From positions 62,001-126,000 of the forward strand of contig JAWMAR010000647.1 of the NCBI GenBank assembly GCA_036785375.1: 64,000 nucleotides of DNA. The letters are read 5' to 3'. The position numbers and the translations under genes were made by a program. Shown piece by piece: positions 48,965 through 62,600 of the stretch. The stretch is from Leucoraja ocellata. Its lineage: Eukaryota. Below the pieces are notes generated by a model. It saw only the letters and a list, made by a program, of their open reading frames with translations. It searched no databases and was not told the origin of the DNA. Within the stretch, counting starts at the first letter, position 1. Each line of letters starts with the position of its first letter.

Positions 48965-49450
48965 ACCCCTTTCCACTTTACGCAGGAATCACTCCTTCCT
49001 TGACTTCCTGGTCCACAGCTACCCCACCCTGACCCCAGGGTCCACCTACTCCTGCAACTGCAGAAAATGCAACACTCAATTTTACACCTCTTCTTTCACC
49101 ACCATCCAAGGACCTAAACAATCCTTCCAGGAAAGGCAAAAATTCATGTGCACCTCCTGCAAACTCGTCTACTGATTTTGGCGCTGCCAGTGTGATCTCC
49201 TCTACACTGGTGAGACCAAAGACAGACCAGCCAACTGATTTACAGAGCATCTGTGCTCTGTCCACAGTACCCTCCATAATACATGATTTCAACTCCCCTT
49301 CCAATACTGATCTGTCCATCTTTGCCTTCTCTATTGCCAGGTGAGGCCTAATGCAAACTACAGGATTAACACCTTATATTAACACCTTTATTATATTCTG
49401 GTTAGTCGTACAACCCCATTGATTGAACATTGAATTTTCCATTATCAGGT
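48965..49450 (+). mobile_element. Degenerate Penelope-like GIY-YIG fragment
   Basis: CNCRKCNT...IQGPKQSF...CTSCKLVY, then LYTGETK. Confidence 0.75.
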
Positions 49451-49824
49451 AACCCTTACCTCCCAAGATCCCTGTTCACTCTCTTCACAATCCATCCCTG
49501 GGCCTGTTCCCTTTCCCAGACTCCATCTTCAGCACCCGCATCGCCCACTTTTGTCCTATTTCCCTTCCTGCTTCCATCTACCTATGACTCACCTACCAGA
49601 TTCCCTCTTTCATCTGCTTCCATCTGCCCTTCAACTCTCCCCAATTACCTTTCTTTCTTATCCGATTTCAACACTGAAACCCTTTGGGTCCTCACTTATT
49701 CACATCAGTAGCTGTCTCTACCTACACCCTCAATTCACCCAAACTGGCTCCATATGCCCCCTTTTGTGTATCCACTTCCACCTGTAATCCACATGCTCAT
49801 GTGGCCCAACTGCATTCCCAGAAA

Positions 49825-50555
49825 GGATGCAGAAGAGATTTACAAGAATGTTACCAGGACTGGAAGGCTTGAATTATAAAGAGAGGTAGGATAGGCTGGA
49901 TTTTTATCCTGAAGTTTAGGAGGCTGAAAAATGATCTTATGGAGGTACATAGAATCAGAAGTGGCATAGTTATCCTGTAATTGTAAGTCTGTGTCCAAGA
50001 TGGCTGCCATGAAGAGAGAGTGGACGCTGGCGCGCTTTGGCTGCCGCTGCTCTCTCTTCACACTGTGTTTTTGATTTTCTGTTTTTGGATTGAATTCTGT
50101 TTTTAATTTGTGTCTCTGTGATGTCTTTATTACTTATTTTATTCCGATTATATGTTTTTATTCCGATTACTATGTAAGGTGTCCTTGAGATGTCTGAAAG
50201 GCGGCCATTAAATAAAATGTATTATTATAGTTAAGGTTAACAACCACGGTCTTTTGCCCAGGGTATCAAGTCTAAAAATAGAGGGCATAGGTTTAAGCTG
50301 AGGGGATTGATTTAAAAGGGATCTCAGAGGCAACATTTTCACACAAAACATGATGAGTATATTGAATGAACTGCGAGAGGAAGTTGAAGAGATGTGTACA
50401 ATTACAATGTTAGAAAGACATTTAGGCAACTACATTGATAGGAAAGCTTGAGAGGGATATGGGCCAAATGCAAGCAGAACTTAGCTCAGGTAAACAATGT
50501 GGTCAGCATGGTCGAATTGGGCTGAAAGGCCTGTTTCTGTGCTGTATAACTCTTT
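49825..50555 (+). mobile_element. CR1 3' fragment with a nested SINE-like insert (~49973-50226, TSD atagtta)
   Basis: CR1 sequence lies on both sides; the insert has caagatggctgcc near its start and ends taaataaaatgtattatt. Confidence 0.7.
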
Positions 50556-50782
50556 GACTTTAAGACCTCAGGAAAGGCTGCTAAAGCCCTTTCTCAGGAG
50601 GCAAAGCTGGGGGCAAAACATTGTCTGCCATTAAACATGTAGAGGTATTTTTAAACATTATAAATATCTCTGATATGAGGTTTGCTAAATGTAGCGATGA
50701 TATAGGTGAATAATAGTAAAAATTGTACTTAAAATAATTTCAAACCTGGAGATGGAGTTGGCAGAAAATGAGCTCAATGTCA

Positions 50783-51116
50783 TAATAATAATAATAATAA
50801 TAATGGATGGGATTTATATAGCGCCTTTCTAAATACTCAAGGCGCTTTACATCGCATTATTCATTTACTCCTCAATCACACTCGGTGGTGGTGAGCTACT
50901 TCTGTAGCCACAGCTGCCCTGGGGCAGACTGACGGAGGCGTGGCTGCTAATCTGCGCCTACGGCCCCTCCGACCACCACCAATCACTCACACGCAGGCAA
51001 AGGTGGGTGAGGTGTCTTGCCCAAGGCCACAACGACAGTATGCACTCCAAGCGGGATTCGAACCGGCTACCTTCCGGTCGCCAGCCGAACACTTAGCCCA
51101 TTGCACCACCTGTCGT
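50783..51116 (-). mobile_element. tRNA-derived SINE with a CORE-like centre and an L2-type tail
   Basis: B-box ggttcgaatcc, ccttgggcaagacacctcacc, tgtaaagcgccttgag...gcgctatataaat and (att)n. Confidence 0.85.
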
Positions 51117-51988
51117 CATGCTCTGTCCTGCCCCTTATCTATCCCAGCTTTCTTAACCACCCTCCCACAATCGGTCTGAAGAAAGATCTGACCCGAAACA
51201 TCGTCTTTCTATGTCTCCAGAGATGTTGCCTGGCCCACTGAGTTACATCCAGCTTTTTATGTCTATCTTTGAGCTCAATGTCATGCTGGTCCAGGAAGTC
51301 ATTAAGAGGGAAACAGAGGAGGATGATGCCGAGGCCCTTGCTGATGATCAATCTTTCAAGAGGGTAAGATCAGCAGGGATGGTGAAAACACTGAGGGGGC
51401 TGAAACCTGGAAAAGACTTGGGCATCAATAAATTGTGAAGGAGAGGAAAGATCTGGAGAATATTTTAATGTTGTTGAAATTTGAGATACTTGATGGCTGG
51501 AAAGAGGTTAAGAAAGTCTGCTGAAAGCTCTGTTGATAGCTTATTTTTCAAGATCCAATGATTTCTAAGATTGTTGAGAATAATTAAGAATATATTCTTT
51601 GTTGAAATATTATATTTCGGGATGTGATAAATGATGTGCCTGTTTTTCATAGATAAGAAAGTGGAGACACTTGCCTGATAAGCAGAAATGTTTAATTCCC
51701 GCTTAAAATTTGATCATATACTGTAACTACTGGCACACATGTCTCTAAGGTCAGCATATTCTTGCAATGATATATAGCACTCAGAAATAAATTATACTGA
51801 AAGAAGTTTACTTTGAGTATCCAAGATCTACAAAATAATGTTGTTCAAATTTGAGCTTTTTATATTCTCTTCCAGTATAAAGCCTGCTAAGTGCCTTAGT
51901 CGTAAAGGGGATTGCACCGAGCAGATAAAATCTTTGGTTATTTTGCCTCCAGTTGTATGCCACCTGTAAGTAAGTATGTGATTGAGTG

Positions 51989-52979
51989 CAGTGAGGTCAA
52001 TGGCTGGGGAGGCACTGGCTAGTATCTGTGGCCCGGCCCACACTATATTGATCACCGCGTCTCCCCGGGGAGAGAGAGAGGGGTGTGCATGAAGCACGGC
52101 GACTGGAGGGGTGTGAGCGCTGCCCCGGGATCGTGAGCAAACGACCCACCTCCCCCTCTCCCCCTTCTCCATTCCCCCTCACACCCCCCTCCCGGTCCAC
52201 CCTCTCTCCCCCCTCCACAGATCTACCTGAGCCGAGAGTAGATTACTCTTAGTCGCGGGGCCCACTTAGGCGCGTGGCCCAATTGAGAGCTCTCAGCGGC
52301 CCAGAGCCTCCGAATCGGCCGCTCCAAATCAACGAATCAACCTAGCAGACCGTGGCTAGAAAGTCAGCGCCTCCCGCGGTGGAATCCAGTGCTGCGCCGC
52401 CGCTGCTGAAGCTAGCTAACGTGGAGGGAGAGTAAGGTAACGTCAATTACGTAGACTGAGCCTACGTAATTGACGCTCGCTCTCCCTCCACTGGGCTCAA
52501 GACACACCCCCTCAGTGAGGCAGATGTGATCACTGCCTCCCCTGGTGCTTTTTCATTGCCGTTTTATGACGAGACCAGCGACCTAAATTTAATATATTTA
52601 CACGTGAAATAAGCTACCTGGACTATGGAAGGCGAGGACATGTAATGAAGGGGTTTACAAACAGACAGAGAGATAGTAACAGGCACACGCTTATTGCCCG
52701 CACTCCATCCAGTTTCTGAGGGGTTGCGCAATCAGACAGGAGGCTCAGCTCGTCGCTGCCTCACCTCTCATCTCTCCCTGTATTTGCAGCAGAGCTGCGC
52801 AAATCTGCCGATTTTCACTATAAAAAAAATGATTAGATTCATATAGATATGACATAACAGATCAGTGGAAAATTTTTTATATTTATTTTATTTTATTATT
52901 TTTCTTTACTTTTCTTAACAGCTATTTTCATTGGGAGTATGACAGATGAGGCTCTGCCTCCCCTGACCGCACGTCCCTG
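51989..52979 (+). mobile_element. Non-autonomous hAT element (MITE) with an 8-bp TSD
   Basis: TSD attgagtg at 51981-51988 and 52980-52987; CAG...CTG ends; repeated subterminal gaggca/tgcctc motifs. Confidence 0.85.
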
Positions 52980-55289
52980 ATTGAGTGTTGGCTTGAATAA
53001 TGTAATTGCCATGGTTGAATAAATGCCAGTAGTTGAAAGGTTGAACATTTATTTTTTAAATTTAATTCATTGATGGGATACTGATATGGTGGCAATAGTG
53101 GCATTTATTGTCCTTCCCTAATTGCTCCAGAACATTGGAGACAGTTACGAGTCAAATACAATGGTCAGCTTGACTTCCATATCAGCCAGACTTCATAAGG
53201 ATGGCAGGTTTCCCTTCCTAAAGAACATTACTGAATTAGATAGGTTGTTATGTTGATTCAGCAGTTTCATTTCAGCGACACACTGAGAGTTACTTTTATT
53301 TGGTGCAAGGCTTACAACAGTGAAAAGCAAGTGAGATAAAAGATAATTATATTATATGTCCCTATTCATAAAGATTGATGGGAGATAAATAAAACTTATT
53401 TTTGTAGTGAATTGAGCAGTTGACTACCTACTGGAGCTTTTATTGGATTTTTTAAATTCAACATACAGTCTTGACATTGACAAATCCTGTGATCACTAAT
53501 CTTCATCCTTCATTCAGGTTTTTGGCACTGCACTCCTGATATAAACCTACCCTACATTTCTCTGAGCACGTGCCTGGAAGGTCTCCAACTCTCTTGTGAA
53601 TACAAGACATTGTCCTTTCTTTCTGCCACTACAGCCCAACCTCTGGGGTGCAGCCATTGAAATCTTTTAGAGCACTTTTTTTCTGTTGATCAGCCATTAT
53701 TTAATTTTCACTGCACATCATATAAAATATTCTCCACTGCATGAACGATCACAATGCACTATACTTTACAAGTTGCAAATTACTTACGTACAATGCATGC
53801 TAATTTTAAACGACATTCCTGACTTTGGGTCCCTGCTATTACCTTATGGCAGTTAACAGTGCACGAAGTACACGTCATTGAGGAAAATTAGCAAGTGGTA
53901 TGTCTCCATGGAAATAAGGAAGTGCAAGTAAATTGCATGCCATGATCTCGCCTATAATATTTTGGGGGTCTTCAATGAACCTGAGCCTCCCAATATTTTT
54001 GATAGGATAATCAGAGATGTCAGAAAGGATAATAGATAGTTGATTGGCCGAATGCTATAGGAATTTGGATAAACTTTACTGGGATCCTCATAGCCAGAGA
54101 TGAACAAATAAGTTCATGATTTGTATGTTAGTTTTCTGAGATCAGAATAACGGTTTGTTGCATTAAGAGAGAAAAAGCATCAGATGATGTATTGTAGTGA
54201 CAAATGTTCATTCTGTCAATGATCTGGAGACTGCCAAAAGTACCTGAGAGGGAAATGAGATAACCAATTCTACACAATGATATCCATTATTGAAAGAAGT
54301 TATTAAATAACTGCAGACCCTTGCGGTTTACTATCTCTCCCTAATAATCACATATTCATAATGTTTGATGTTAAAATCCTACCAAAAGTGGTGGAAGGTT
54401 TATTTTTGAAGCTGAAATACGCTAACCGGATACGGTTTTACTTCCATTTTCTGTGTAATGTTGTAAACATTTCAAGTGCTTTTTGTACCACCTCTAACAT
54501 AGCTTATTTATGTATTTCGTTATTTTATGGTCTGACTTCCTCTTTGGTGCTTTTTGCTTACATTTAGCCCAGAAACTTATGGTATAATGTTTAGGCCAGC
54601 GAAAATATTTTAAAGAAAGCTACTTTTATGCATCAGCATCCACCTAGATGTGAATAGTTAATCTTCAAGCAGTTCATTGATGAAGAAATTAGGTGAAATG
54701 GTTAAATCATTCTCAGTGGTCTCTGATTAGTATTCCTTGTGAGATGTACCAAAGACCTGTACCAACACATTGGTTCAAACAGCTGCATCCTGCTTCCACC
54801 TTCCAAATGCAAAACACTGCACACACGAGAAATGTACCATAAACACTTTAAATACTGTAAAACACTCAACAGATCATGCAGAATATGTAGGGAGAGAAAT
54901 CGAGTTAAGATTTCAGCTTACTCATTTATCTGAACTTGTGTTTGTGACAAATAAGCCGTTTTTGAAAACATAAATAATCAACTTTACAGGCAGAATTTAG
55001 AGCAACGAACATGTTCATAGGATCACAAAGAAAATACCAGAAAATACTTCATAAGTTAGGAATGTTCAGTTTTATAATCAAGTTTTCATTGGAGTTCAAA
55101 GATCTATCGGATATTTAAGAGAATGATATTTAACAAAATAACAGTTGTAGATAAAGGAATGCAGCACAACAAAAAATCTCAATTTCATGGTTGTGAAGAC
55201 AGATTTAATGCCACTGCTAGAAAATGAGTTATTTATATACAGACTGATCAGATTGCAAATGATGTCTGTGGCTAGAACATGATGTAGTA

Positions 55290-55640
55290 ATAGGAACATG
55301 AGAATACAGTGAGGAAAAAGGACCTTTGGCCCACTGTATCCATGCTGATCATAAAATACCTATCTATACCAATCCTATTTACCAACCCTCAGCCCATAGC
55401 CTTCTATTTTGCGGTGTTTCAAGTGCAAATCTAAATACTTCTTAAATGTTGTGAGAATATCTACCACCACCAATCCGTCAGGCAGACTATTCCAGATTGC
55501 AATTAAACTCTGGGTGAAAAAACTTTTTCTTTGAGTCTCCGCTGTATTTCCTATCCTTTACCTTAAACTAATGCCGTCTGATTATAGATACTTTTGCTGA
55601 AGAGAAAAAGATTATCATAATTTGCCCTGTCTATGCCCCT
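55290..55640 (-). mobile_element. Old CR1 3' fragment
   Basis: Degenerate CR1 3' UTR (ctctgggtgaaaaaac, ccttaaactaatgcc). Confidence 0.6.
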
Positions 55641-55849
55641 CATATTTCTGGATAGATTTACTAAAATGGGCTGAAAGGAATTTATTTGTAATCATAAACT
55701 AGATTTGGTTGGGCAGACCAAATGAAAATACAAAAGTCATTGAGTTATATCAATCACTTGTACAAACAAAATATAGGGAAATAAATCAGATATGTTCGGT
55801 ACTCTTACCTGAACAGTTAAACACTGGGCTCAATCTATTGCCTTTGTGT

Positions 55850-56050
55850 AATAAGGAACTGCAGATGCTGGTTTAAACCAAAGATAGACACAAAAAGCTA
55901 GAATATCTCAGCAGGACAAGCAGCATCTCTTGAGAGAAGGAATGGGTGACATTTCGGGTTGAGACCCTTCTTCAGACGATAGAGTTGCCCATTCCTTCTC
56001 CCCAGAGATGCTGCCTGGCCCGCTGAGTTACTCCAGCTTTTTGTGTCTAT
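55850..56050. repeat. Fold-back Penelope-derived repeat with a hammerhead motif on the minus strand
   Basis: Inverted arms atagacacaaaaagct...gaaggaatggg / cccattccttctc...agctttttgtgtctat; core ctgaagaagggtctcaacccgaaatgtc. Confidence 0.8.
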
Positions 56051-57169
56051 TGTCTTGCTACAAATCCTATCTTATTATGAATTCCGTCTGTCTCTAAGGC
56101 TTGTATACTTGTCCATCTGGAATATTATATCCCATTTCTATCACTAAAACTTGGAGAATATACATTGGTCTTGCAAGGCATGAAGGTTACGTACATGCAT
56201 CTGAAGGCCTTTGAAGAGTTAAATCAAGAAGGCAAGTTACAAAGCCTTGCATAGTTTTCCCTTGTGATTAAATGGTTGAGGAGATGATATAATTGAGGTA
56301 TTTAAAATAATAGAGATTAGAAAGGTATTTCCTCTAATGGAGGAAATTCAAAACAAAAAATATGATTTTTAAATTAAATGCAAGCCATTTAGGAATGAAA
56401 CCAATAAGCACTTTTTGCACAAGTAGTGGTGTATACTGTGAACTTTAAATCAAAATAATAGTTGGCAATGGCTGACTTGATATTTTCAAAACTGACACTG
56501 ATAATTTAATAAGGATATCAAAAGATGTGGAAAACCAATGGATACATTGATTTGAGCCACAGGTTAGTCATGATCTACCGGAATGTATTGAAAACAAAGA
56601 TGTCAGAAAAGAGCAGGTCATATAAATATAAAAATATACCTCTTCTTAGAGGGTTTCCTGGAAAAATGATCTGAGCATGAGAGTGAAAATGCCACATGAA
56701 TATTAGGATAGACAAGTTAATGTAGAATTATATTAGGACAAGTACAAATACAGTCTAATTGTATGCACTTTAAAGCCATTATAGAAAAGTGATTGCAAAC
56801 TGATGAAGATTGTGAATTAAATATTTCCAGATGCTTATTGAAGAAATTGGCAAATGGTAAAGCCGAAGGGGATACATGATAATGTAGGATCAAATAAAGA
56901 AAGGATCTTGGAATGGAAAATCAAGAAGTAGAATCAGTTTGGATGGAGCTAAGAAACAGAATGGTCTGGAGTCATAGGTGAAAGTTGTTTGAAGCCCCAA
57001 ACAGCAGTGACAAAGCAAGGTATAAATCAGGATGTTAGAGGTGCATACAATGAGGGTGATACAATAATCACAGGGAACTTCAATCTACTTCAAGATCCGA
57101 CACATCAAGCAGAAGAAAGAGTGTGGAGGACGTACTCATGGAATATGTAAGATTTTTTTGATAGTGAAT

Positions 57170-57840
57170 TCCAAGAACTAATCACTCTCTGGTGAAGAGG
57201 TTCCCCCTCATAACCCTACTGAATCTCTTCTCCTTTACCCTAAACTTGGCCTCTACTTTTATGCACCTTTGACAAGGAGGAAGCTTTCCTGCAGTCTACC
57301 CTGTTAAAAACCCTCATATTTTTATATACCTCAATCATGATCTCTCAATCATACCTCCTCGGCTGCAGGGTGAATAGACCTAGCTTTTCCTGCCTCTCCT
57401 CACAACTGAACTGCTCCGTCTCAGGCAACATTCTGATTAATCTTCTCTACATCCATTCCAGCACAATCACATCCTTCCTACATTTAAGTGACTTGAACAG
57501 CATTGCAGTAGTCCTGTTGATGTCTGACCAAGGGTTTATAAAGTTGAGCATAACCTCCCTACCTCTGTATTCGATGCCCAGACTAATGAATGCCAGTATC
57601 CCATATGCCTTCCTAACAACATTATCTACCTGTATTGCCAACTTCATAGATCTATGTCAATGTCCCTCTGTTCCTCAATACTCCCTAAGACTCTACCATT
57701 CATTGCATTTGTTCTAGCCTCATTTCATACAGTACATCGTGTATGAAAAAACTCTCCTGGACACTCCTCAAAAAATCCATTCCCTCTGTGCATTTCATGC
57801 TAAGGCAATCCCAATTACATTTTAGGGAAATTTAAATCCC
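57170..57840 (-). mobile_element. Old CR1 fragments
   Basis: QVDNVVRKAYGILAFISLGIEYRGREVML. Confidence 0.75.
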
Positions 57841-58409
57841 CCAGTAGGTGACATCACCCTTTTTGTTTCTAATCTCTATCCATTCAACCTCATCTGTATA
57901 GATTTGTAATGAAGAGGTCTTTAAGGAATAATAATTAAAGAGTCTTGGAGTTTTACAGCAGGGTAGCAATGGGGAAAAAAGTAAAGGAATATGAGATCAC
58001 AGTAAAATGTTTAAAGACCTTCAAGATTTCAAGATGGCACCAAAGTCAGATAACTCTTTGCCTGCTGGTCTCAGAAGTGGATCAGCAATCATTCATTACA
58101 ATTGCTCCAATCTTTTAAAACTTTATTTCTCTAATTGGACTTTACTCTACTTTATCTTGCATTAAACGTTATTTCTTCTATCCTGTATCTGTACATTGTA
58201 GGCGGCTTGATTGCAATCATGTATTGTCTTTATCACAGACTGGAGAGCATGCAACAAAAAAGCTTTTCACTGTACCTCGGTACATGTGACAATAACAAAC
58301 TAAACTAAATATAGCCAAAAATAACAGTCACTAACATTGGATAACATTCTAATTTCATTGAATATGACAATGATCTGATAATGACAGAAACACACCATCA
58401 AACTATTTA

Positions 58410-58630
58410 TTTAACCAGAGGGTGGTGAATTTGTGGAATTCATTGCCACAGATGGTGGTGGAGGTCGTCATCGGATATTTTTAAAGCAGAGATTGATAGG
58501 TTCTTGATTAGTGCGGGTATCAAAGGTTACGGTGAAAAGGCAGGAGAATGGGGTTAAGAGGGAAACATAGATCGACCATGATCATATGGCGGAGAAGACT
58601 CAATTGGCCGAATGGCCTAATTTTGTTCCT
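58410..58630 (+). mobile_element. CR1 3' end
   Basis: cagagggtggtgaatttgtggaattcattgccacag...ggccgaatggcctaa and a (tcttatgg) tail. Confidence 0.8.
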
Positions 58631-60258
58631 ACGTTTTATGGTCTTATGGTCTCATCCAGATATGTAACAATGAAAAGATTACAAAAAGTTAATATTTTTC
58701 CTTTTTAAATTGAGATAGGAGAAATTATTATTGGGGAATAAGAGAATGACATAGAAATTAACCAAATGTTTTGTGTCTATTTATTACAGGGGAAGACACA
58801 AAAAGCTTCTTGAAAATAACCGAGAACAATAATTCTGGAGTGAAAGAGAAGCTGAAAGAAATCAGAATTGGTTAAAACAAAGTGTATTTGGAGAAATGAG
58901 CTAGAGTGCTGGAAGATCTAAAGGGGCCAGACAGCATCTGTGGACGGTGTTAGTTTGGGCTGGGACCCTTCTTTGGTTTGAGAGTCCATTGGTGTTGGTT
59001 GTATCATAGTTAACTGGTGACAAGTTATACGTTTGCACAATACACAGGACTAAATTATTTGGTTTTTATGTCAGTAATGAAAGAGCATACTGAACTTCTT
59101 CTGCGTTCTTGCCTTAAAAGTTTTAATGCACGTCTTGGATCTCCTACAGAGCCTTCACCAGTTCCATAAGAAGTCTCTCTTCACTTTGCATGTGCATAGT
59201 CATACAAGTTATGCCTGATGTTCACCAATGGGAACACTTGCATGTGAGTGGTTATGTTTTGTTTTCAGTTTCACACGTTACAATTGAGTACGAGAGAATG
59301 AAAGATAAAACGCACAATTGTTACAGAACTTCTGAACCTTCTGAATTTGTAGTCGGCAGGGCAGTACTCTGCATATCGCCAACTTGGATGTGTTTTGCAT
59401 GCTAACGTGCTGTTAGTGCCCCCTTAAAACTGTCTAGTGAAGGTGATTTGACTATTGTTGTCTAGTTTATTCCATTCCCTTAAGGTTCTTACGAGTTCTT
59501 ATAAATATCTGTCGTGGCGAATGGGGTTTCTATTTGCATATTATTTCTCTTTCTTGTTCTCCTTTCTGTTGAGTATGTTATGTATCTATCTGCAGTTATG
59601 CCCTCGACCCCCTTTTGAACTGCTTGCATTTCGCCGTCGTATGAGACAAATAGACATTTCATCTGGTGGTTTGGATAATTTTAAATAGTTACATTTCTGC
59701 ATTCCGTGATCCCTCCGTATTTGTGGGAAACCAGCAAACTTGTGTCGGCTCATTCTGACCGACCTCACTGGTGCAAAGCTGATGAATACATCAAGCAAGA
59801 AGCAAAGTGCTAAGGAAACAGCGTCTCGGGCTGCAAGTGTGAAGGGAGTGGACAGGCGACGTTTCTGGTCTAAGCTCTTTTTCATTCACAGATGCAACTT
59901 GAACCACTTGGTTCCTCCAGCACTTTACGCAAGATGTCGGCATCTGCAGTTGCTTGTGTCTCACGAACACACCAGCCCATACAAAAACGGCATATGTTAT
60001 TCATTGAACCGTTTATAAGCAGCTGGAGGGATAAGAAGCTGATTTATAAACAGCTGACTTCAGAATACTACAAGTGTCTCCAAATGAGCCCCGCGTCGTA
60101 GAGACGGGGCTGTGATCATTTTCAGCGCCAGTGGAAGAGTGTGCCTACTAAACACATTTTGGCCAGGTATCTTTAAATAGTTGGCGTCACTTTTCCTATG
60201 TGCGTCAATGGACGGTAAGCGCCTCTCAAGGGGACTGACGTTGCATTGCGGCTGCCTT

Positions 60259-60272
60259 CCAGTAGATGGCAG
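60259..60272 (+). promoter_or_regulatory. CTCF-like motif within a CpG-enriched region (~59.9-61.6 kb)
   Basis: CCAGTAGATGGCAG matches the CCASYAGRKGGCRS consensus. Confidence 0.5.
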
Positions 60273-61779
60273 ATAAGCACCAGTCTATCTGACCATATCA
60301 AAGAAACCACCTACCCATACACGTCCAATATCTTAGCCGCTCAGTGCAATGTTGTTAGATTGCACTGATTTGTCCAAACCACAAAATGACATCAACTGTG
60401 GGCAGTGTTTTTCATCTAGCTTTTGTATAAAGAGCTGCTTAAACAAAAACATAAATATAGGCTTAACAGCTGCAAGCAGAACCCAGATTTCGCAAGTGTC
60501 TGCAGGTAATGGACGCACTAAAATAACGAGCAGCGATGAACTTGATTAATTCTAGTATTTTTTTTTTTAACTACTGCGTGATATTTGTTTTGCTTTTAGT
60601 TATGTTGGAGTTTGATATGTAGCTCATATGCTCAAGTTACATGAATACTGTTGTACTCCTTTTTACTATTGAAGGAACTTTGTACTATGAAGACTTGACA
60701 ACCACGCTTGTAATTCTCCGAAATCTAGAAGTTGTCTTTTAATCACTAAATCACTCGGCCAAACTGTACAATGCAATGTGCTCAAATCGAGACTTTGTTT
60801 TTAGCTGTTTGCAATACTATAAACTGGGTATTTTATTTAAGGAATGCGTTATCTGACCTGATACGTTTTGCTACTGTTCTCCACTGGCGTCGATTTGTTT
60901 GGTCGCCCCTTTTGTATAATGTTTCGTTAGGCTCGTGTGGCTTTTCTTGGTTAACTTATGAGATCCAAAGCAAAGTTTTTTGTAAACGTGAACGTAGTCC
61001 GATGGTGGAAAAAAAATACTATTCGGCGTGAATAATCCCCGGAGACCACTATATTCTCGTGGCTCTTTGTTTCATTTAAAAACAAATATTTCATTCATGG
61101 ACGTTGTAAGTATTTTGTTTGACACCGTGTGTTGATTCTTCATATGTTCGGAGGCGCCCATTACTTACACCGGGAGTAAATAGAGATCGGTCGCTAGCAG
61201 CTTGTGCCCCTTTTAAGCGCTAAAGGTTGACAGCAAACTTGACATTTTATTCCAAAACGCAATGCGGGCTTGAAGTATTGTGTACTCGGGGGACCACGAT
61301 AGCGTGAAGGAGTTGCACAGATCAGCAAAACACGGTTTAATGCTCGACACGTGACTTTCCCTTTTCGCGAATAAACTCTAGGTTCCACTAGGGTTATAAC
61401 TTCGTCTTGTTGTGTTTCTACCCGGGATAATATTCGCTCTGCGTACGCATGTTTTTGCAACTTCTACATTCGCTGAAAACAAGAGCATGCGTTATCTGTT
61501 TCCTGCCACTCTTTCGTCAATGTTAACAGATTCACCAAACGGAAGGGGCCTTTTCAATCCCGACCAACACAGGGCTTCATAAACTAAATTGGGACCAAAC
61601 ATTGAGCTACTCCTGTGAACAGATGCTGAATAGTCCTGACTTGTACGTAACTACGTTTATTAGGAAATCATTTAGTCATACAGCATGGAAACAGGCCCTT
61701 CAGCCCAACGTGTTCATGCCATCCAACATACCCAGTCTAAGCTCGACCATCTGCTCGCGTTTTCCCATATCTCTCTTAC

Positions 61780-62600
61780 AACCCAGCGGTATGAATATTG
61801 ATTTCTCTAACTTCAAGTAACGCTTGCACCCCTCTCTCTTCGTCCCTCCCCCACCCAAGCCGTTGTACCAGGTTCAAAGTCGTCTTGTTGAGTCTCATTG
61901 GCTGTAACTCGTTTCACTTAGGCCACAGATGACAATTGCTTGTTTCCTTTATCATTCTTATTTGTGTGCATATCTTTCATTCATTTGTTTCATATCCCTC
62001 TATATCACCGTCTGTATATCTCGTTTCCCTTTCCCCTATCTCTCAGTCTGAAGAAGTGTCTCGACCCGAAACGTCATCTATTCCCTTTCTCCAGAGAAGC
62101 TGCCTGACCCGCTGAGTTACTCCAGCTATTTGTATCCATCTTCCCTCAAACCTCTCCTATCCATTCTTGAGTATTGGTGTTAGCAAGTACCTGTATTGAG
62201 CTGCGCTCTAAAATCTCGTACGTAATAACACGTTTTCAGTCACTAACGAGGCCTACTTTGCATTTTTAAAGATTTAATTTTCAATAAATGCTTAGAATAC
62301 TTGGAAAGGTTGAAAAATTGTTACTTCAGTTCATATGCTCCACTGATGGAAAGAGATGGTGCTGTAAATATATTTTAGTATTGCATAGCACGACAAGACA
62401 TGAGGGATAGACGTTTCGGTTCAGAACTCTTCTTCAGACTGAAAGTAGGTGGGTGGGAGGTGGTGGAGGGCATAACATTTGTCTGAAGAAGGGTTCCGAT
62501 CCGAAACGTCACCTATTCCCTTTCTCCGGAGATGCTGCATGGCCCGCTTAGTTACTCCAGCATAGTGTGTCTATCTCCAGCACAAACCAACATTTGCAGT
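61780..62600. mobile_element. Cluster of Penelope-like terminal repeats with three hammerhead cores
   Basis: Cores at 62048-62075 (+), 62410-62437 (-) and 62483-62510 (+). Confidence 0.8.
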
